Shown piece by piece: positions 51,368 through 60,989 of a DNA stretch of 64,000 bases (the stretch's first letter is position 1; each line of letters starts with the position of its first letter). The stretch is from an uncultured bacterium. Its GTDB lineage: Bacteria > Patescibacteriota > Minisyncoccia > Phycocordibacterales > Phycocordibacteraceae. Made by a program: the position numbers and the translations under genes. Under the pieces are notes generated by a model, which had not been told where the DNA came from, did not search any database, and saw only the letters and a list, made by a program, of their open reading frames with translations. The stretch spans positions 464,682 through 528,681 of the forward strand of contig CAVXAH010000001.1 of assembly GCA_963759775.1 (NCBI GenBank), in the 5' to 3' direction.

Positions 51368-52744
51368 ATGTTCGAAAAACTCCATTCAAGTGATCGGGCA
51401 AAAATTGTGACGGCATCTGTACCGGGAGCAAAATCGAGCGCTTTGCTTAAGAAGCAAGACGAACTCGAAAGTAATAATCGCTCGTATCCAAGAGGAACTC
51501 CGATTGCGTTTGCAAACGGGAAAGGTGCGATCATCGAGGACGTCGATGGCAATGCATACATCGACTTTCTCTCCGGATGCGGCGTTTTTAATCTTGGGCA
51601 TAACAATCCCTACATACTCGACGCAGTAAATGGTCGAGGGGACGCTCTCACTCAAGCAGTCGATTTTCCCACATCGGCAAAGATCTCTTTTATGGAGCGT
51701 TTGAATCAAGCTCTTCCACCAACACTACGCGATAAGGTAAAAATAAACTTCGGTGGGCCTACGGGCTCAGACGCCGTTGAGTCGGCGCTTAAGCTCGCTC
51801 GCATTGTCACAGGTCGACATACGATCATTGCGTTTCAGGGTGGATACCACGGAATGACCATGGGTGCGCTTAGTGTGACCAGTAAACTCTCTCATCGCAA
51901 ATCAGTCACGCCCCTTATTCCTGGAATACACTTCATGCCATTTTGTAGTCCGTACCGTTGTCCTTTCGCACGAGTCGATGGACCATGTACGGGAGAGTGC
52001 ATACGGTATTTCGAGTATTGTTTAACGAATCCACACTCGGGCATTGATAAGCCAGCGGCAATAATTATTGAACCCGTACAGGGTGAAGGAGGGACCTACA
52101 TACCAAGCACGGGGTGGCTTGAACAGGTGACCGATATCGCCAGAAAGAACGGCGTACTCGTTATCTTTGACGAAATTCAGTCCGGATTCTATCGAACGGG
52201 AAAACTATTTTCCTTCGAACATACACGTGCTGTTCCAGATATAGTCACCATGTCGAAAGGAATTGGAGGAAATGGATATCCTCTCTCGCTCATTTTATAT
52301 CGTAAAGAGTTTGATGTATGGGAACCAGGCACCCACATCGGAACGTTTAGAGGCAACCAGCTTGCAATGGTGGCTGGTTCGGCTGCGCTCGAATTTATCG
52401 ATAAATACGACGTTGCTTCGCATACCGCGAAGCTTGGTGAAGAGATGATTACAAATCTAAAAGAGGTTCAGAGAACTTCACGCTACATTGGTGATGTGCG
52501 CGGGATAGGAATGATGTTTGGTATTGAATTTGTTCAGGATAAGTCCAAGAAAGATGCGTATCCAGAAGCAGCAAAGCTGGTGAAAAAACTCTGCTACGAA
52601 AATGGTCTTATCGTTGAACTGGGTGGTTACTACAGCAACGTGGTGCGCTTTTTACCACCGCTCATTTTGACAGAAGCAATCGCGAAAAACGGCATTAAAA
52701 TATTTGCCGATGCGGTTCAGGAAATGGAGAATACTATTTCGTAG
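51368..52744 (+). CDS. Class-III PLP aminotransferase, diaminobutyrate-2-oxoglutarate transaminase (EctB/Dat)-like
   Basis: DVDGNAYIDFLSGCGVFNLGHNNP, FQGGYHGMT, IIEPVQGEGG, VIFDEIQSGFYRTGKLFSFEH, TMSKGIGGNGYPLS (catalytic Lys). Confidence 0.75.
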   Translation: MFEKLHSSDRAKIVTASVPGAKSSALLKKQDELESNNRSYPRGTPIAFANGKGAIIEDVDGNAYIDFLSGCGVFNLGHNNPYILDAVNGRGDALTQAVDFPTSAKISFMERLNQALPPTLRDKVKINFGGPTGSDAVESALKLARIVTGRHTIIAFQGGYHGMTMGALSVTSKLSHRKSVTPLIPGIHFMPFCSPYRCPFARVDGPCTGECIRYFEYCLTNPHSGIDKPAAIIIEPVQGEGGTYIPSTGWLEQVTDIARKNGVLVIFDEIQSGFYRTGKLFSFEHTRAVPDIVTMSKGIGGNGYPLSLILYRKEFDVWEPGTHIGTFRGNQLAMVAGSAALEFIDKYDVASHTAKLGEEMITNLKEVQRTSRYIGDVRGIGMMFGIEFVQDKSKKDAYPEAAKLVKKLCYENGLIVELGGYYSNVVRFLPPLILTEAIAKNGIKIFADAVQEMENTIS

Positions 52745-53264
52745 CAGGTTGTATCGCAATCAGTTGGCGGATAATCATATCTTCCCATTTCGTGATATGC
52801 GCGGGCTTAAAGTCAAACCAGACACGCATGAAGTCCTCACGCGAAAGTATGCGCAGTGTGCCAATTTCCGGGTCCTGTAGATAGATGTTCGAAGCGTCAA
52901 GCCCTACCACGACCGAATAGTGTCCATCAGGTACTTCACTGTCGCCATAATCCGTTCGCCCACGAGTAAACCAATTAACGATGACTGGTACGCCACGATC
53001 GAGCCATTGCTGCATGGAGTCGAACGAGGAATTGTTTTCAATCTCAACAGTAAAACCATATGACTCGGCCGCTTCTTTTAGAGAAGCATCGTCGGTGCCA
53101 AGCTCAAGATTGCGTTTGCATTTCTGCGCGATCTCCTCCTCATTTTTCTCAAGATTCCAAAACCCGAGAACCATCTTGAGGCTTGCGGGGCCACAGTAGC
53201 CACCGCCAAGTGTTTCTTGGAAGGGTTTTACTTGCAACAATTTCACTTTCTCCATACGGGTCAT
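52734..53264 (-). CDS. Stand-alone C39-like (papain-fold) cysteine peptidase domain protein
   Basis: Catalytic Cys context GGGYCGPASLKMVL and His context PDGHYSVVVGLD. 176 aa with no ABC fusion. Its 3' end overlaps the convergent aminotransferase gene by 11 nt. Confidence 0.65.
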   Translation of the reverse strand: MTRMEKVKLLQVKPFQETLGGGYCGPASLKMVLGFWNLEKNEEEIAQKCKRNLELGTDDASLKEAAESYGFTVEIENNSSFDSMQQWLDRGVPVIVNWFTRGRTDYGDSEVPDGHYSVVVGLDASNIYLQDPEIGTLRILSREDFMRVWFDFKPAHITKWEDMIIRQLIAIQPATK

Positions 53265-53268
53265 TTTA

Positions 53269-54639
53269 TCATTTTACGCATTTCAAAACCACGCTCCTCA
53301 TTTGATTCATCAAAGAATCGACGTCCTGACGATCATCCCCAATTACAACAACGCCCATGACCGGACGATTCGAACTTAAAAAAGAGACTAGGATACCGCG
53401 CTGTTCTTGATCTATAGGATAGAGTAAATCAGAAAGCGTTTGTAAGATTTCTGTCGGACTCAACGTAACGTCTCCGTATCGGAATGAATCTTTTGAAAAT
53501 ACATATCGATTCTTGAGGTTGTTCAGCTTGAGATGGGAAATTGCATCATACACGTGGGTACCTCCGGTCATTCGAGCATTGCATTCGAGAATATATAAAT
53601 TTCCGTCCGTGCCAGCTGCAAAATCAACATCGAATACACCCCTATACCCGAGCGTAAAAAGCTTGTTACCGATGCAATCGAGAGCTATTTTGATACGTTC
53701 ACTGATCTCGGCAAGAGACGTGTCGATTGATATACCTTCAAATTCGCCTTCTCGCGTTACTTCTTGTCCGCAGATGTAACTAAATGCAAATCCAGTTTCT
53801 GATATGCATCCTTCCCCAGAAGGAAAGCCGCCAGCGAGACTTGCGTCCGTTGGAATAAATTCTTCGACGACATAGGGTGCAAATTCCCAGATGTCTTCCG
53901 ATTGAAGTAGGTTGTCCAACCATGTGGCCAGTTGTGACGTATCAAAGCGTTTAGCTTCTTCCTCATCAACAATCTTAATCCCCCAACCGGATTCACCTTT
54001 GTGGATCTTTATAACGAATCCCTTATTGGCATTCAGGAATCCTAATATGGCTACAAGAACCTCCATTTTGTCTTTGCATATCGAGCCATTCGGTATTTTC
54101 ACTCCATCTTTCGGAAAAAGGCCGATGATTATGGTACGAAATCCATTTTTTGAATCGATAGTTTCCGCTAGTTCAGCAGGCTTTTCTATCTTAGATAAGT
54201 TAACCACACTGAGGTTGCCAATCTCATCTCGCAGCAGTTTTACGAGTGCAACATATTCTTTCGTTACTGCGTATGAGCAAATACGCGTAGCGGGATTCCC
54301 GCGAAGAAGGTCATAAAGCTTATCCATCAATTCCGCATCTCTTGTGATCGCCGTACAAAGACGAAGCCCCGGCTCCTTAGGCCACAAGTTTACTACGTTG
54401 CCGTACCCGAGGTGCCCCTTGTTACATTTGAGCAATGCGGCTGGAATTGGCTCAGGCGTAATGATGATTTTGTTATCTCCTCCCCAAAACTGCGCACGCT
54501 GGGACAAGTCCATCTCATGTGAGATTCGTTCTTTTCTAGCATCGTTGGAGGTGGAGTTTTCCAAAAGATCGGCAAACGCCTCAGCAGTATTTGCAATAAA
54601 AATGTCTTGTATCCGCGACATATAAAAAGTAAGGGGCAC
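53269..54639 (-). CDS. ATP-grasp family ligase with a long N-terminal pre-ATP-grasp region
   Basis: C-terminal ATP-grasp core GYRGVFDVDFAAGTDGNLYILECNARMTGGTHVY. Central KGFVIKIHKGESGWGIKIV. 456 aa. Confidence 0.65.
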   Translation of the reverse strand: MPLTFYMSRIQDIFIANTAEAFADLLENSTSNDARKERISHEMDLSQRAQFWGGDNKIIITPEPIPAALLKCNKGHLGYGNVVNLWPKEPGLRLCTAITRDAELMDKLYDLLRGNPATRICSYAVTKEYVALVKLLRDEIGNLSVVNLSKIEKPAELAETIDSKNGFRTIIIGLFPKDGVKIPNGSICKDKMEVLVAILGFLNANKGFVIKIHKGESGWGIKIVDEEEAKRFDTSQLATWLDNLLQSEDIWEFAPYVVEEFIPTDASLAGGFPSGEGCISETGFAFSYICGQEVTREGEFEGISIDTSLAEISERIKIALDCIGNKLFTLGYRGVFDVDFAAGTDGNLYILECNARMTGGTHVYDAISHLKLNNLKNRYVFSKDSFRYGDVTLSPTEILQTLSDLLYPIDQEQRGILVSFLSSNRPVMGVVVIGDDRQDVDSLMNQMRSVVLKCVK

Positions 54640-54658
54640 CCAGTTAGGTGCCCCAATT

Positions 54659-55663
54659 CTACATCAATCGTTCGCGTCGTATGGCTGTCACGAGAATCCG
54701 TTCAATCAGGTCCTCGAACCCGCAACCCTCAAAGGACGCCATTTTGGTGAGAGTGTTATTGAGACCATGCGTATTTGGACCAATCCCGGGGTTGTAGTTA
54801 ACCTCGAGCAGGAATACCTCTTCGTCCTCACGAACTCGGAAGTCCATGCGAGCATAGTCCCGGCACTCCGTTGCCACAAACATACGTTTTGTGTATTCAC
54901 TGAGGAGATTCAATACGTCGGTCGGAAGTACGGCTTGCACCATCTGTTCCTGCCTACCGCCCCACTTGTATTCGTAGGATCGGATTTGCTCAAAGGGGTT
55001 TGCGGCTCCCTCGAACAAGAACTCGAGCGCAGGAAGTGTGTGCAGGTCATCGCCGTTGCCAATTACTCCAACTGAAATCTCACGACCAAGCACGAATGCT
55101 TCGACAATCGCCGGTTGCCGATAGAGTCGCAACGCGTCGCCTATTTTCCGTTCCAATGATTCCAGCTTGTGCACGACGCTATCGAAACGGATCCCAATAC
55201 TTGCCTCCTCTCGTACTGGCTTAACAATGAGAGGAAACGGAAGCCCATTCTGTAGCATCTCGTTCTCCCTCCGAAATATTTGATACAGCGGCGTTGGAAC
55301 TCCGTTTGCGAGCGCGACCAACTTTGTTTGCGCTTTATCGAGCGTGAGGCTCATGTTATGGGCCGACGCCCCGGTAAACGGGATTTCAAGCGCCTCAAGC
55401 ATCATCGGCACCAACACCTCATTAGTGTTGGTGCCTCCGAATGCCTCGGCCATGTTGAGGACAATATCGAAGGATCCTTTCCGCGCCTTGAGTTCTTCCC
55501 AGAGCACCATTGAAGCCTCGAGTGTCTCGACGTCGTATCCCTTTGACCGCAGAAGGGAGACGACGAGCGGGACAATGATCCGGATTTCCTGTTCACAGAT
55601 CAGATCCCGCTCGTCGCCCTTTTTGAGTGCGGTAGCGACGTTGTAAAGAATCAATATTTTCAT
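54659..55663 (-). CDS. D-alanine--D-alanine ligase-family ATP-grasp enzyme
   Basis: FPLIVKPVREEASIGI..., EAFVLGREISVGVIGN, YARMDFRVREDEEVFLLEVNYNPG. Strong GGAAGGAGGAAG Shine-Dalgarno before ATG 55663. Confidence 0.75.
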   Translation of the reverse strand: MKILILYNVATALKKGDERDLICEQEIRIIVPLVVSLLRSKGYDVETLEASMVLWEELKARKGSFDIVLNMAEAFGGTNTNEVLVPMMLEALEIPFTGASAHNMSLTLDKAQTKLVALANGVPTPLYQIFRRENEMLQNGLPFPLIVKPVREEASIGIRFDSVVHKLESLERKIGDALRLYRQPAIVEAFVLGREISVGVIGNGDDLHTLPALEFLFEGAANPFEQIRSYEYKWGGRQEQMVQAVLPTDVLNLLSEYTKRMFVATECRDYARMDFRVREDEEVFLLEVNYNPGIGPNTHGLNNTLTKMASFEGCGFEDLIERILVTAIRRERLM

Positions 55664-55676
55664 CGCTTCCTCCTTC

Positions 55677-56642
55677 CTACAGTTGGATGACTTTGTCGGT
55701 GTAGTCCCGGCAACGCGTGATATCGGGAACGTCCCAGAAACCAAGCGGAACCGGTATTTTACCGATGCCTTCGACATCGACGATATATTGCGGCAATGCA
55801 ATTCCAGACATGCGTTTGTGAAGCGCCGTCATGATTTCGCGTTCCCGCGCCATATCGCAGACAAAATGCTCAAGACCTTTTACGTAGTCGCACCGATACA
55901 GGTAATACGGAATGACGCCAGCGTAGTAGAGCTTCTTGAAAAGCTCTTCCAGAACTTCTTCTGCGTCGTTTACGGCCTTGAGAAATACCGTTTGCGAGAG
56001 CATTGGAAATCCGTATGCACGTATGGTGCGCAGCACATCCAGGACCTCGTAGTCGAGTTCATTCGGATGATTTGCGTGCACCAACACGTACGTCTGGAAG
56101 CTTGCTCCGCTTGCCTGAAGCTCACGAAGCGCTTTTACCACTTGTGGCGAAGCCATACTTTTCGGCGAGTGGATCGGTAGACGAGTTCCAATGCGAACCA
56201 CACGCACCGATGGAATCTCTCGCAATCCCGCAATAACCCGTAGCAACGTCTTGGGAACGACAAACGGATCGCCGCCGCTCAAGATTACATCATCGACTTC
56301 CGGGTGAGAGCCGATGTACTGAAGCGCTGACTCAATGTCAGCTTCCAGCAAATCTCCCTCCGGTGAACCGATCTGTCGGATTCTTGTACAGAAGCGACAG
56401 TGAGCTGCGCAGCGGCATGTCGTTTTCCAAAGCACCCGGTTTGGATACTTGTGAACGATTCCTTTGACGGGTGAGTACGCTACCTCTTCTCCGAGAGGAT
56501 CGTTTGGTACGACAACTCCCTCGAAAGCTGGTTGGATTTGGAATTGCTTCGCAATGGCCGTACTGCCGTCACGAATTTTTCTCTGCAAATGCGCAGTAAT
56601 TCTCTCTTTCATGATGGACCTCACTTGGTTAACGAAGGACAA
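55677..56642 (-). CDS. KamA-family radical SAM aminomutase (lysine 2,3-aminomutase / EpmB-like)
   Basis: CAAHCRFCTR (CxxxCxxC), DVILSGGDPFVVP, VRIGTRLPI, HANHPNEL. Confidence 0.8.
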   Translation of the reverse strand: MSFVNQVRSIMKERITAHLQRKIRDGSTAIAKQFQIQPAFEGVVVPNDPLGEEVAYSPVKGIVHKYPNRVLWKTTCRCAAHCRFCTRIRQIGSPEGDLLEADIESALQYIGSHPEVDDVILSGGDPFVVPKTLLRVIAGLREIPSVRVVRIGTRLPIHSPKSMASPQVVKALRELQASGASFQTYVLVHANHPNELDYEVLDVLRTIRAYGFPMLSQTVFLKAVNDAEEVLEELFKKLYYAGVIPYYLYRCDYVKGLEHFVCDMAREREIMTALHKRMSGIALPQYIVDVEGIGKIPVPLGFWDVPDITRCRDYTDKVIQL

Positions 56643-56765
56643 ACTTCTGCTATTTACAATAGCATAATTAATTGTGTAGTCAACTTAGTAGGTTTTTAGG
56701 TGACTGCGGAAAAGGAGTAGGAAATACGGGCTGGATTGGCGGGAGGGTGGGGAGGGGCGGAGGGC

Positions 56766-56794
56766 TTGCAATTCTGGACAAGGTATGGTATAGT
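56766..56794 (+). promoter_or_regulatory. Sigma-70-type promoter
   Basis: TTGCAA, 17-nt spacer, TATAGT. An AAAGGAG Shine-Dalgarno and GTG 56865 lie downstream. Confidence 0.5.
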
Positions 56795-56864
56795 ATAAAG
56801 AGGAGGGTAGCTAGGGTTTTCCTGGTTATCTTGATCCTTGAATTCAGTCAAAAGGAGTAGGCAC

Positions 56865-57461
56865 GTGTTCGAACTGCTACTGACTCACGAGTCAAAGTGG
56901 TGGATCGGCCTGCTCGCAGGATTGATCCATGTCACTGCTTTCTGGCCGTATTTCCGGGCCATCTTCCGCAAGGAAGTGCAGCCGAGTTATACGAGTTGGT
57001 GGGTGTGGACCGTTGTCGCCCTCATCGCCGCGCTGTTTTACGAAGAGGCGGCGGAAAGTCTGTTCGCTTCCATTATCGCTTGGACCATGGTCGCAGGAAC
57101 GAGTTCGACAGCGATTGTCATCTCGTTCCGCGGTGGTAGTGGGAGCTGGGAGAAGAGCGATATGTACAGTCTCGCTGGTGCCGTCTTTACCTTGATGGTT
57201 TGGTGGTTCTATCGGTCGGCTGAACTCGGCCTTTTTCTCATCATCGTAGTTGATGCGATCGGTTCCTATCCAACTCTAAAAAAGAGCTATTTGGATCCGA
57301 GCAGTGAGAATTTGCTTAGCTGGCAACTCGCCGCGATCGCAAGTCTGGTCAATCTACTTGCGGTTCATTGGACGATTGTGGATGCGTCCTACCCCCTGTA
57401 TATCGCCCTCATGATGTGTTCAATCACGGGTGTACTTCAGTGGGCAAAGAGGTTTAAGTAA
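56865..57461 (+). CDS. Polytopic membrane protein (about 6 TM), unknown function
   Basis: GTG 56865 is 7 nt after AAAGGAG. Trp-rich TM helices (WWIGLLAGLIHVTAFWPYF; SWWVWTVVALIAALFY). Confidence 0.55.
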   Translation: MFELLLTHESKWWIGLLAGLIHVTAFWPYFRAIFRKEVQPSYTSWWVWTVVALIAALFYEEAAESLFASIIAWTMVAGTSSTAIVISFRGGSGSWEKSDMYSLAGAVFTLMVWWFYRSAELGLFLIIVVDAIGSYPTLKKSYLDPSSENLLSWQLAAIASLVNLLAVHWTIVDASYPLYIALMMCSITGVLQWAKRFK

Positions 57462-57549
57462 AAATTGGGCGCTCGAGCTTAGTCTCGGGCGCCTTTTGTT
57501 TTGCACACCACCAGGAATCAGGCCGCAAATAAACCGTATACTGGACCGT

Positions 57550-57933
57550 ATGACCGTAGTTACCCCACGAGAAGGCCGCTCAGCGGATACTGCCCTCTTT
57601 TTTATTTTTTTTCTCGCAGTAGTTGCGGTCATATCCTTGAGTCTCTACAAGTATTGGTACAAGAAGGATTTTGTTATGTTAGTCGAGACTTCCTGTGACT
57701 CTTCGCTTATGTCCTGTTATGTACGCGACTGCAGCATAGAAGGCGCGTGTCCCCCTAATCAGTTTAATGAATACCGCGTCTTTAGAATCAAAGGATATGA
57801 GTTTGCAGGTTGTGCAAACGACAATTGCGAAACAGCCTGCTCAGAAGGCTCATCTTCTTGTGAGGAGATAACGTGTGATGAATCCAACGGAGATTCGTGT
57901 TCAGTCGATCTCGGTACCTATGAAGGAGAGTGA
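57550..57933 (+). CDS. Membrane-anchored Cys-rich small protein
   Basis: TATACT box 7 nt upstream of ATG 57550. TM helix ALFFIFFLAVVAVISLSLY. Twelve Cys residues in the ectodomain. Confidence 0.55.
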   Translation: MTVVTPREGRSADTALFFIFFLAVVAVISLSLYKYWYKKDFVMLVETSCDSSLMSCYVRDCSIEGACPPNQFNEYRVFRIKGYEFAGCANDNCETACSEGSSSCEEITCDESNGDSCSVDLGTYEGE

Positions 57934-58780
57934 ACAAAATAAAATACTAGCCTCTCGACAGGCTTTCAGCGATTACGTATATACGCCAATTACAGAAGCA
58001 GTTAAGCTTTTGAAAGAAAGAAGGGAAGACAAGAAACTTTGTAAAAAAATAGAAGAACACGTTAGAAGTGTCTATGGAGAAATGCCAAATACGTTTCAGG
58101 GCGAAGGCGTTGCGGTTCTTTGTCGGCAAGCCACTCCAAACTATGAGCAGCTACGCTTCTTGAGTTTTGCCGACCTAATGGATCTTCAGCCGGTATTTTG
58201 GGAGTATCAAGATGATAAATTTGTATCAGGTAATCTTGGCAAGCATCGGCTAGGGCATCTTGGGTTTCATTATGGTTTTGGAAAAAGTGGAGAATCAAAA
58301 ACGGAGTATATGAAAGTCATCGATTTTTCAAAGGAAGATGGTAAGAAAATATCTCAAGTGAAAACATTGTGGGGCCAGGATTTGATGAATTTTCATCACG
58401 AACTTTTTTCGATTCAAAGTCCTTCACTTAACCAACAAGATGTTTTTATCGATGGCTCGACTTGGTTTAAGAGAAATGGAGTAAATGTAAATGATTCTTA
58501 CGCTGCAATGCTTACTATGTTTTTGACTCACGGTATTCTCTTTGAAAATTTTCTTCTTGATGGTCGCGAACTCGAGTTTTCTCGAAATGTTTTTCTCCCC
58601 GCGTTTGTTGCGGTGGAAGAAATATTTGGTTGTAAGCCACTGATTGTTCCACTTGATCCAATTGATGTTGAAGGTGAAGAGTTCTGGTTCTGCTACCCAC
58701 CATCTCTTAAGAAGAGTGTTAGTGAAAAAATGGAAAATAAGCTCATAATAAATACAAAAAACGTATGGCAGACTCACTAA
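57875..58780 (+). CDS. Hypothetical protein (no recognised domain); start uncertain (57875 or ATG 57920)
   Basis: Long ORF with coding-like composition. It overlaps the neighbouring genes at both ends by a few codons. Confidence 0.5.
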   Translation: MMNPTEIRVQSISVPMKESEQNKILASRQAFSDYVYTPITEAVKLLKERREDKKLCKKIEEHVRSVYGEMPNTFQGEGVAVLCRQATPNYEQLRFLSFADLMDLQPVFWEYQDDKFVSGNLGKHRLGHLGFHYGFGKSGESKTEYMKVIDFSKEDGKKISQVKTLWGQDLMNFHHELFSIQSPSLNQQDVFIDGSTWFKRNGVNVNDSYAAMLTMFLTHGILFENFLLDGRELEFSRNVFLPAFVAVEEIFGCKPLIVPLDPIDVEGEEFWFCYPPSLKKSVSEKMENKLIINTKNVWQTH

Positions 58781-60387
58781 TAAACAGCTGTTCTTTGTTG
58801 CAGCTTGAGACGGGGACCACTCCGATTGCGTTGTATTCTCACCTTGTACCTATTGCGGTCTTCTTGATAGTAGGAGGCTTTGTCTTCTTCCGCTCAAGAG
58901 AAAACAAATTAAAGGGGATTTTCTCATTATTCGTTGGTACATTTGCACTTTGGCTTGTTGGAGATCTTATTACGTGGGTGTCGGCAAACTACTACACAAT
59001 ATACGCATTTTGGGCAACACTTGATTTTCTTGAGGTAGCTTTCTTTGTGCTCGGTACCTATTTTGCCGCACTGCTTGTGTATGGTCAGAAACTACCGATT
59101 GCACTAAGAGTCTTTTTCCCTGTAGTTCTACTGGCGCCTCTAGTTATCACCCTCACAGGGCAGTCCACACACGAGTTTAACTATGCGGTGTGTGAATCGT
59201 TTGAGAATGAGTCGCTTACGCACTACAAGCTTTATTCCGAGGTAGCCCTACTCCTACTCCTTGTTTTTCTCGGTTCGCGCATACCTAAACTATCTCTCCC
59301 GCACAAAGGTCCTCTATACGCAATCGTTGCGTCCCTCTTCCTCTTTTTGGGCACGTTCTCATTAAGTTCGTATCTCGCGTCAGTTACTTACTACTACGAA
59401 TTCTTGTTCTATGGTCTTCTTGCACTGCCAGCCTTCTTCATCGTTCTCGTGTACTCCATCACAAACTTCGAACTTTTCCGAGTGCAGGCTTTTGGAGTTC
59501 AGGTTTTGATCTATCTCATCCTCATCCTTGTTTCGGCCCAATACCTATTTGTCACCTCAACGACAAATAAAGTCCTCGTGGGAATAACACTTCTCCTGAC
59601 GGGAGTGTTTGGATACCTTTTTCAGCAAAGTGCGATTCGCGAGATAAAACTTCGCGAGCAGACTGAAAGACTTGCTGCAGACTTGGAAGAGACCAATAAA
59701 CGGCAGGAGACACTTATGCACTTCGTGGGACATGAGGTTAAAGGGTTTCTCACGAAGGCGCAGGGAGCATTTGCTTCGCTTTCGGAAGGGGATTATGGGC
59801 AACTTTCAGACGGCATGAAGCCGCTCGTCACTCAGGCGCTTGCCGAAACACGTACGGGAGTTGAGTCTGTAACGGCGCTTCTCAAGGCTTCAAACCAAAA
59901 GAAGGGAACTATTTCATACCAAATGACTCTGCTTGATCTCTGTGCTCTTACTAAAGAACAAGTTGAAAAGGCGCGACCGGCGGCAGAGAAGAAAGGTCTC
60001 AAGCTCACCTTTAGCTATGAGAGCACACGCGCAACATGCACCATGACGGGCGACAAAGCGGAACTTGGCGACCACGTGCTTCGGAACCTGATAGACAACG
60101 CGGTTGCGTATACCCCCTCCGGCTCAATTGATGTATCCCTCAAGAGAACAAACGGTCACTACGTATTTGCGGTAAAAGACACCGGCGTTGGCATTACGGA
60201 CGAAGACAAGAAGCGACTCTTTACCGAAGGCGGTCACGGCAAGGACTCACAGAAAATAAACGTGCACTCAACCGGCTACGGTCTTTTCATCGCCAAGAAT
60301 ATTGTGGAAGCCCATCACGGTACTATCCGCGCCGAGTCTGAAGGACAAGGGAAGGGCACGACCTTCATCGTTGAGCTGCCTGCCTAA
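58765..60387 (+). CDS. Sensor histidine kinase with an N-terminal ~7-8 TM domain (paralog 1)
   Basis: FVGHEVKGFLTKAQGAF (H-box), [61 protein letters not shown]. Confidence 0.9.
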   Translation: MADSLINSCSLLQLETGTTPIALYSHLVPIAVFLIVGGFVFFRSRENKLKGIFSLFVGTFALWLVGDLITWVSANYYTIYAFWATLDFLEVAFFVLGTYFAALLVYGQKLPIALRVFFPVVLLAPLVITLTGQSTHEFNYAVCESFENESLTHYKLYSEVALLLLLVFLGSRIPKLSLPHKGPLYAIVASLFLFLGTFSLSSYLASVTYYYEFLFYGLLALPAFFIVLVYSITNFELFRVQAFGVQVLIYLILILVSAQYLFVTSTTNKVLVGITLLLTGVFGYLFQQSAIREIKLREQTERLAADLEETNKRQETLMHFVGHEVKGFLTKAQGAFASLSEGDYGQLSDGMKPLVTQALAETRTGVESVTALLKASNQKKGTISYQMTLLDLCALTKEQVEKARPAAEKKGLKLTFSYESTRATCTMTGDKAELGDHVLRNLIDNAVAYTPSGSIDVSLKRTNGHYVFAVKDTGVGITDEDKKRLFTEGGHGKDSQKINVHSTGYGLFIAKNIVEAHHGTIRAESEGQGKGTTFIVELPA

Positions 60388-60451
60388 AGAAAGTTCCACC
60401 TCGACCCCAGTCGGGGTGGTGGGCGCCGACCTGCACGTCAGTATCGGGGTA

Positions 60452-60494
60452 TTGACACCCACCCGAAGAGGAGTAATATTGATGCATATTACTC
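60452..60494 (+). promoter_or_regulatory. Toxin-antitoxin promoter with an overlapping inverted-repeat operator
   Basis: TTGACA (60452-60457), 16-nt spacer, TAATAT (60474-60479). The inverted repeat gagtaatat / atattactc (60471-60479 / 60486-60494) overlaps the -10 box. Confidence 0.6.
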
Positions 60495-60507
60495 AATATA
60501 CATTACC

Positions 60508-60744
60508 ATGACTAAGAAAATGCCTATTTCAAAAGCGAGAGTGAATCTCGGTGCAGTCGTGTCCGGTGTCCGTGACAAAGGAGACGTGGTCGTTTTGGAG
60601 AAAGACGGCATTCCCGTTGCCTCTTTGGTTGGCGTCGACATGGTGGAAGATTTGCGCGATGCCATCGATCTTGCTGCCGCTCGGCTCTCGGCGCACAAAG
60701 AAGCGCTCGTCGACTGGGCGGACGTACGAGCACGCTATGTATAG
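60508..60744 (+). CDS. Phd/YefM-family antitoxin
   Basis: MPISKARVNLGAVVSGVRDKGDVVVLEKDGIPVASLV is the Phd/YefM N-terminal fold. 8-nt overlap with the toxin gene. Confidence 0.8.
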   Translation: MTKKMPISKARVNLGAVVSGVRDKGDVVVLEKDGIPVASLVGVDMVEDLRDAIDLAAARLSAHKEALVDWADVRARYV

Positions 60745-60985
60745 GGTGTTCCTCAAGGTGTCGGCACGAAAAGCACTCGATTCCATACCCGCAAAAGCAA
60801 GAAAACACATCGCGCATGCCATTGATGAGCTTGGTGCTCTTGGCATTCACGCTCCGCACACCAAGAAGCTCCAGCCGCCGATTGGCGGATACCGCACGCG
60901 CGTAGGAGACTACCGTATTCTTTTTGACAGGGATGAAGATCTCATCGTGATTCATCGCATTGCCAAGCGCTCTGACGCATATTAG
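60737..60985 (+). CDS. RelE/ParE-family toxin
   Basis: MYRVFLKVSARKALDSIPAKARKHIAHAIDEL...GGYRTRVGDYRILFDRDEDLIVIHRIAKRSDAY is the classic RelE/ParE pattern. Confidence 0.8.
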   Translation: MYRVFLKVSARKALDSIPAKARKHIAHAIDELGALGIHAPHTKKLQPPIGGYRTRVGDYRILFDRDEDLIVIHRIAKRSDAY

Positions 60986-60989
60986 AAAG

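Noticed and set aside
50541-51606. Minus-strand ORFs of 177 and 186 aa inside the sbnB-like and aminotransferase genes.
   Set aside because: They are antisense to well-supported enzymes and have no motifs of their own.
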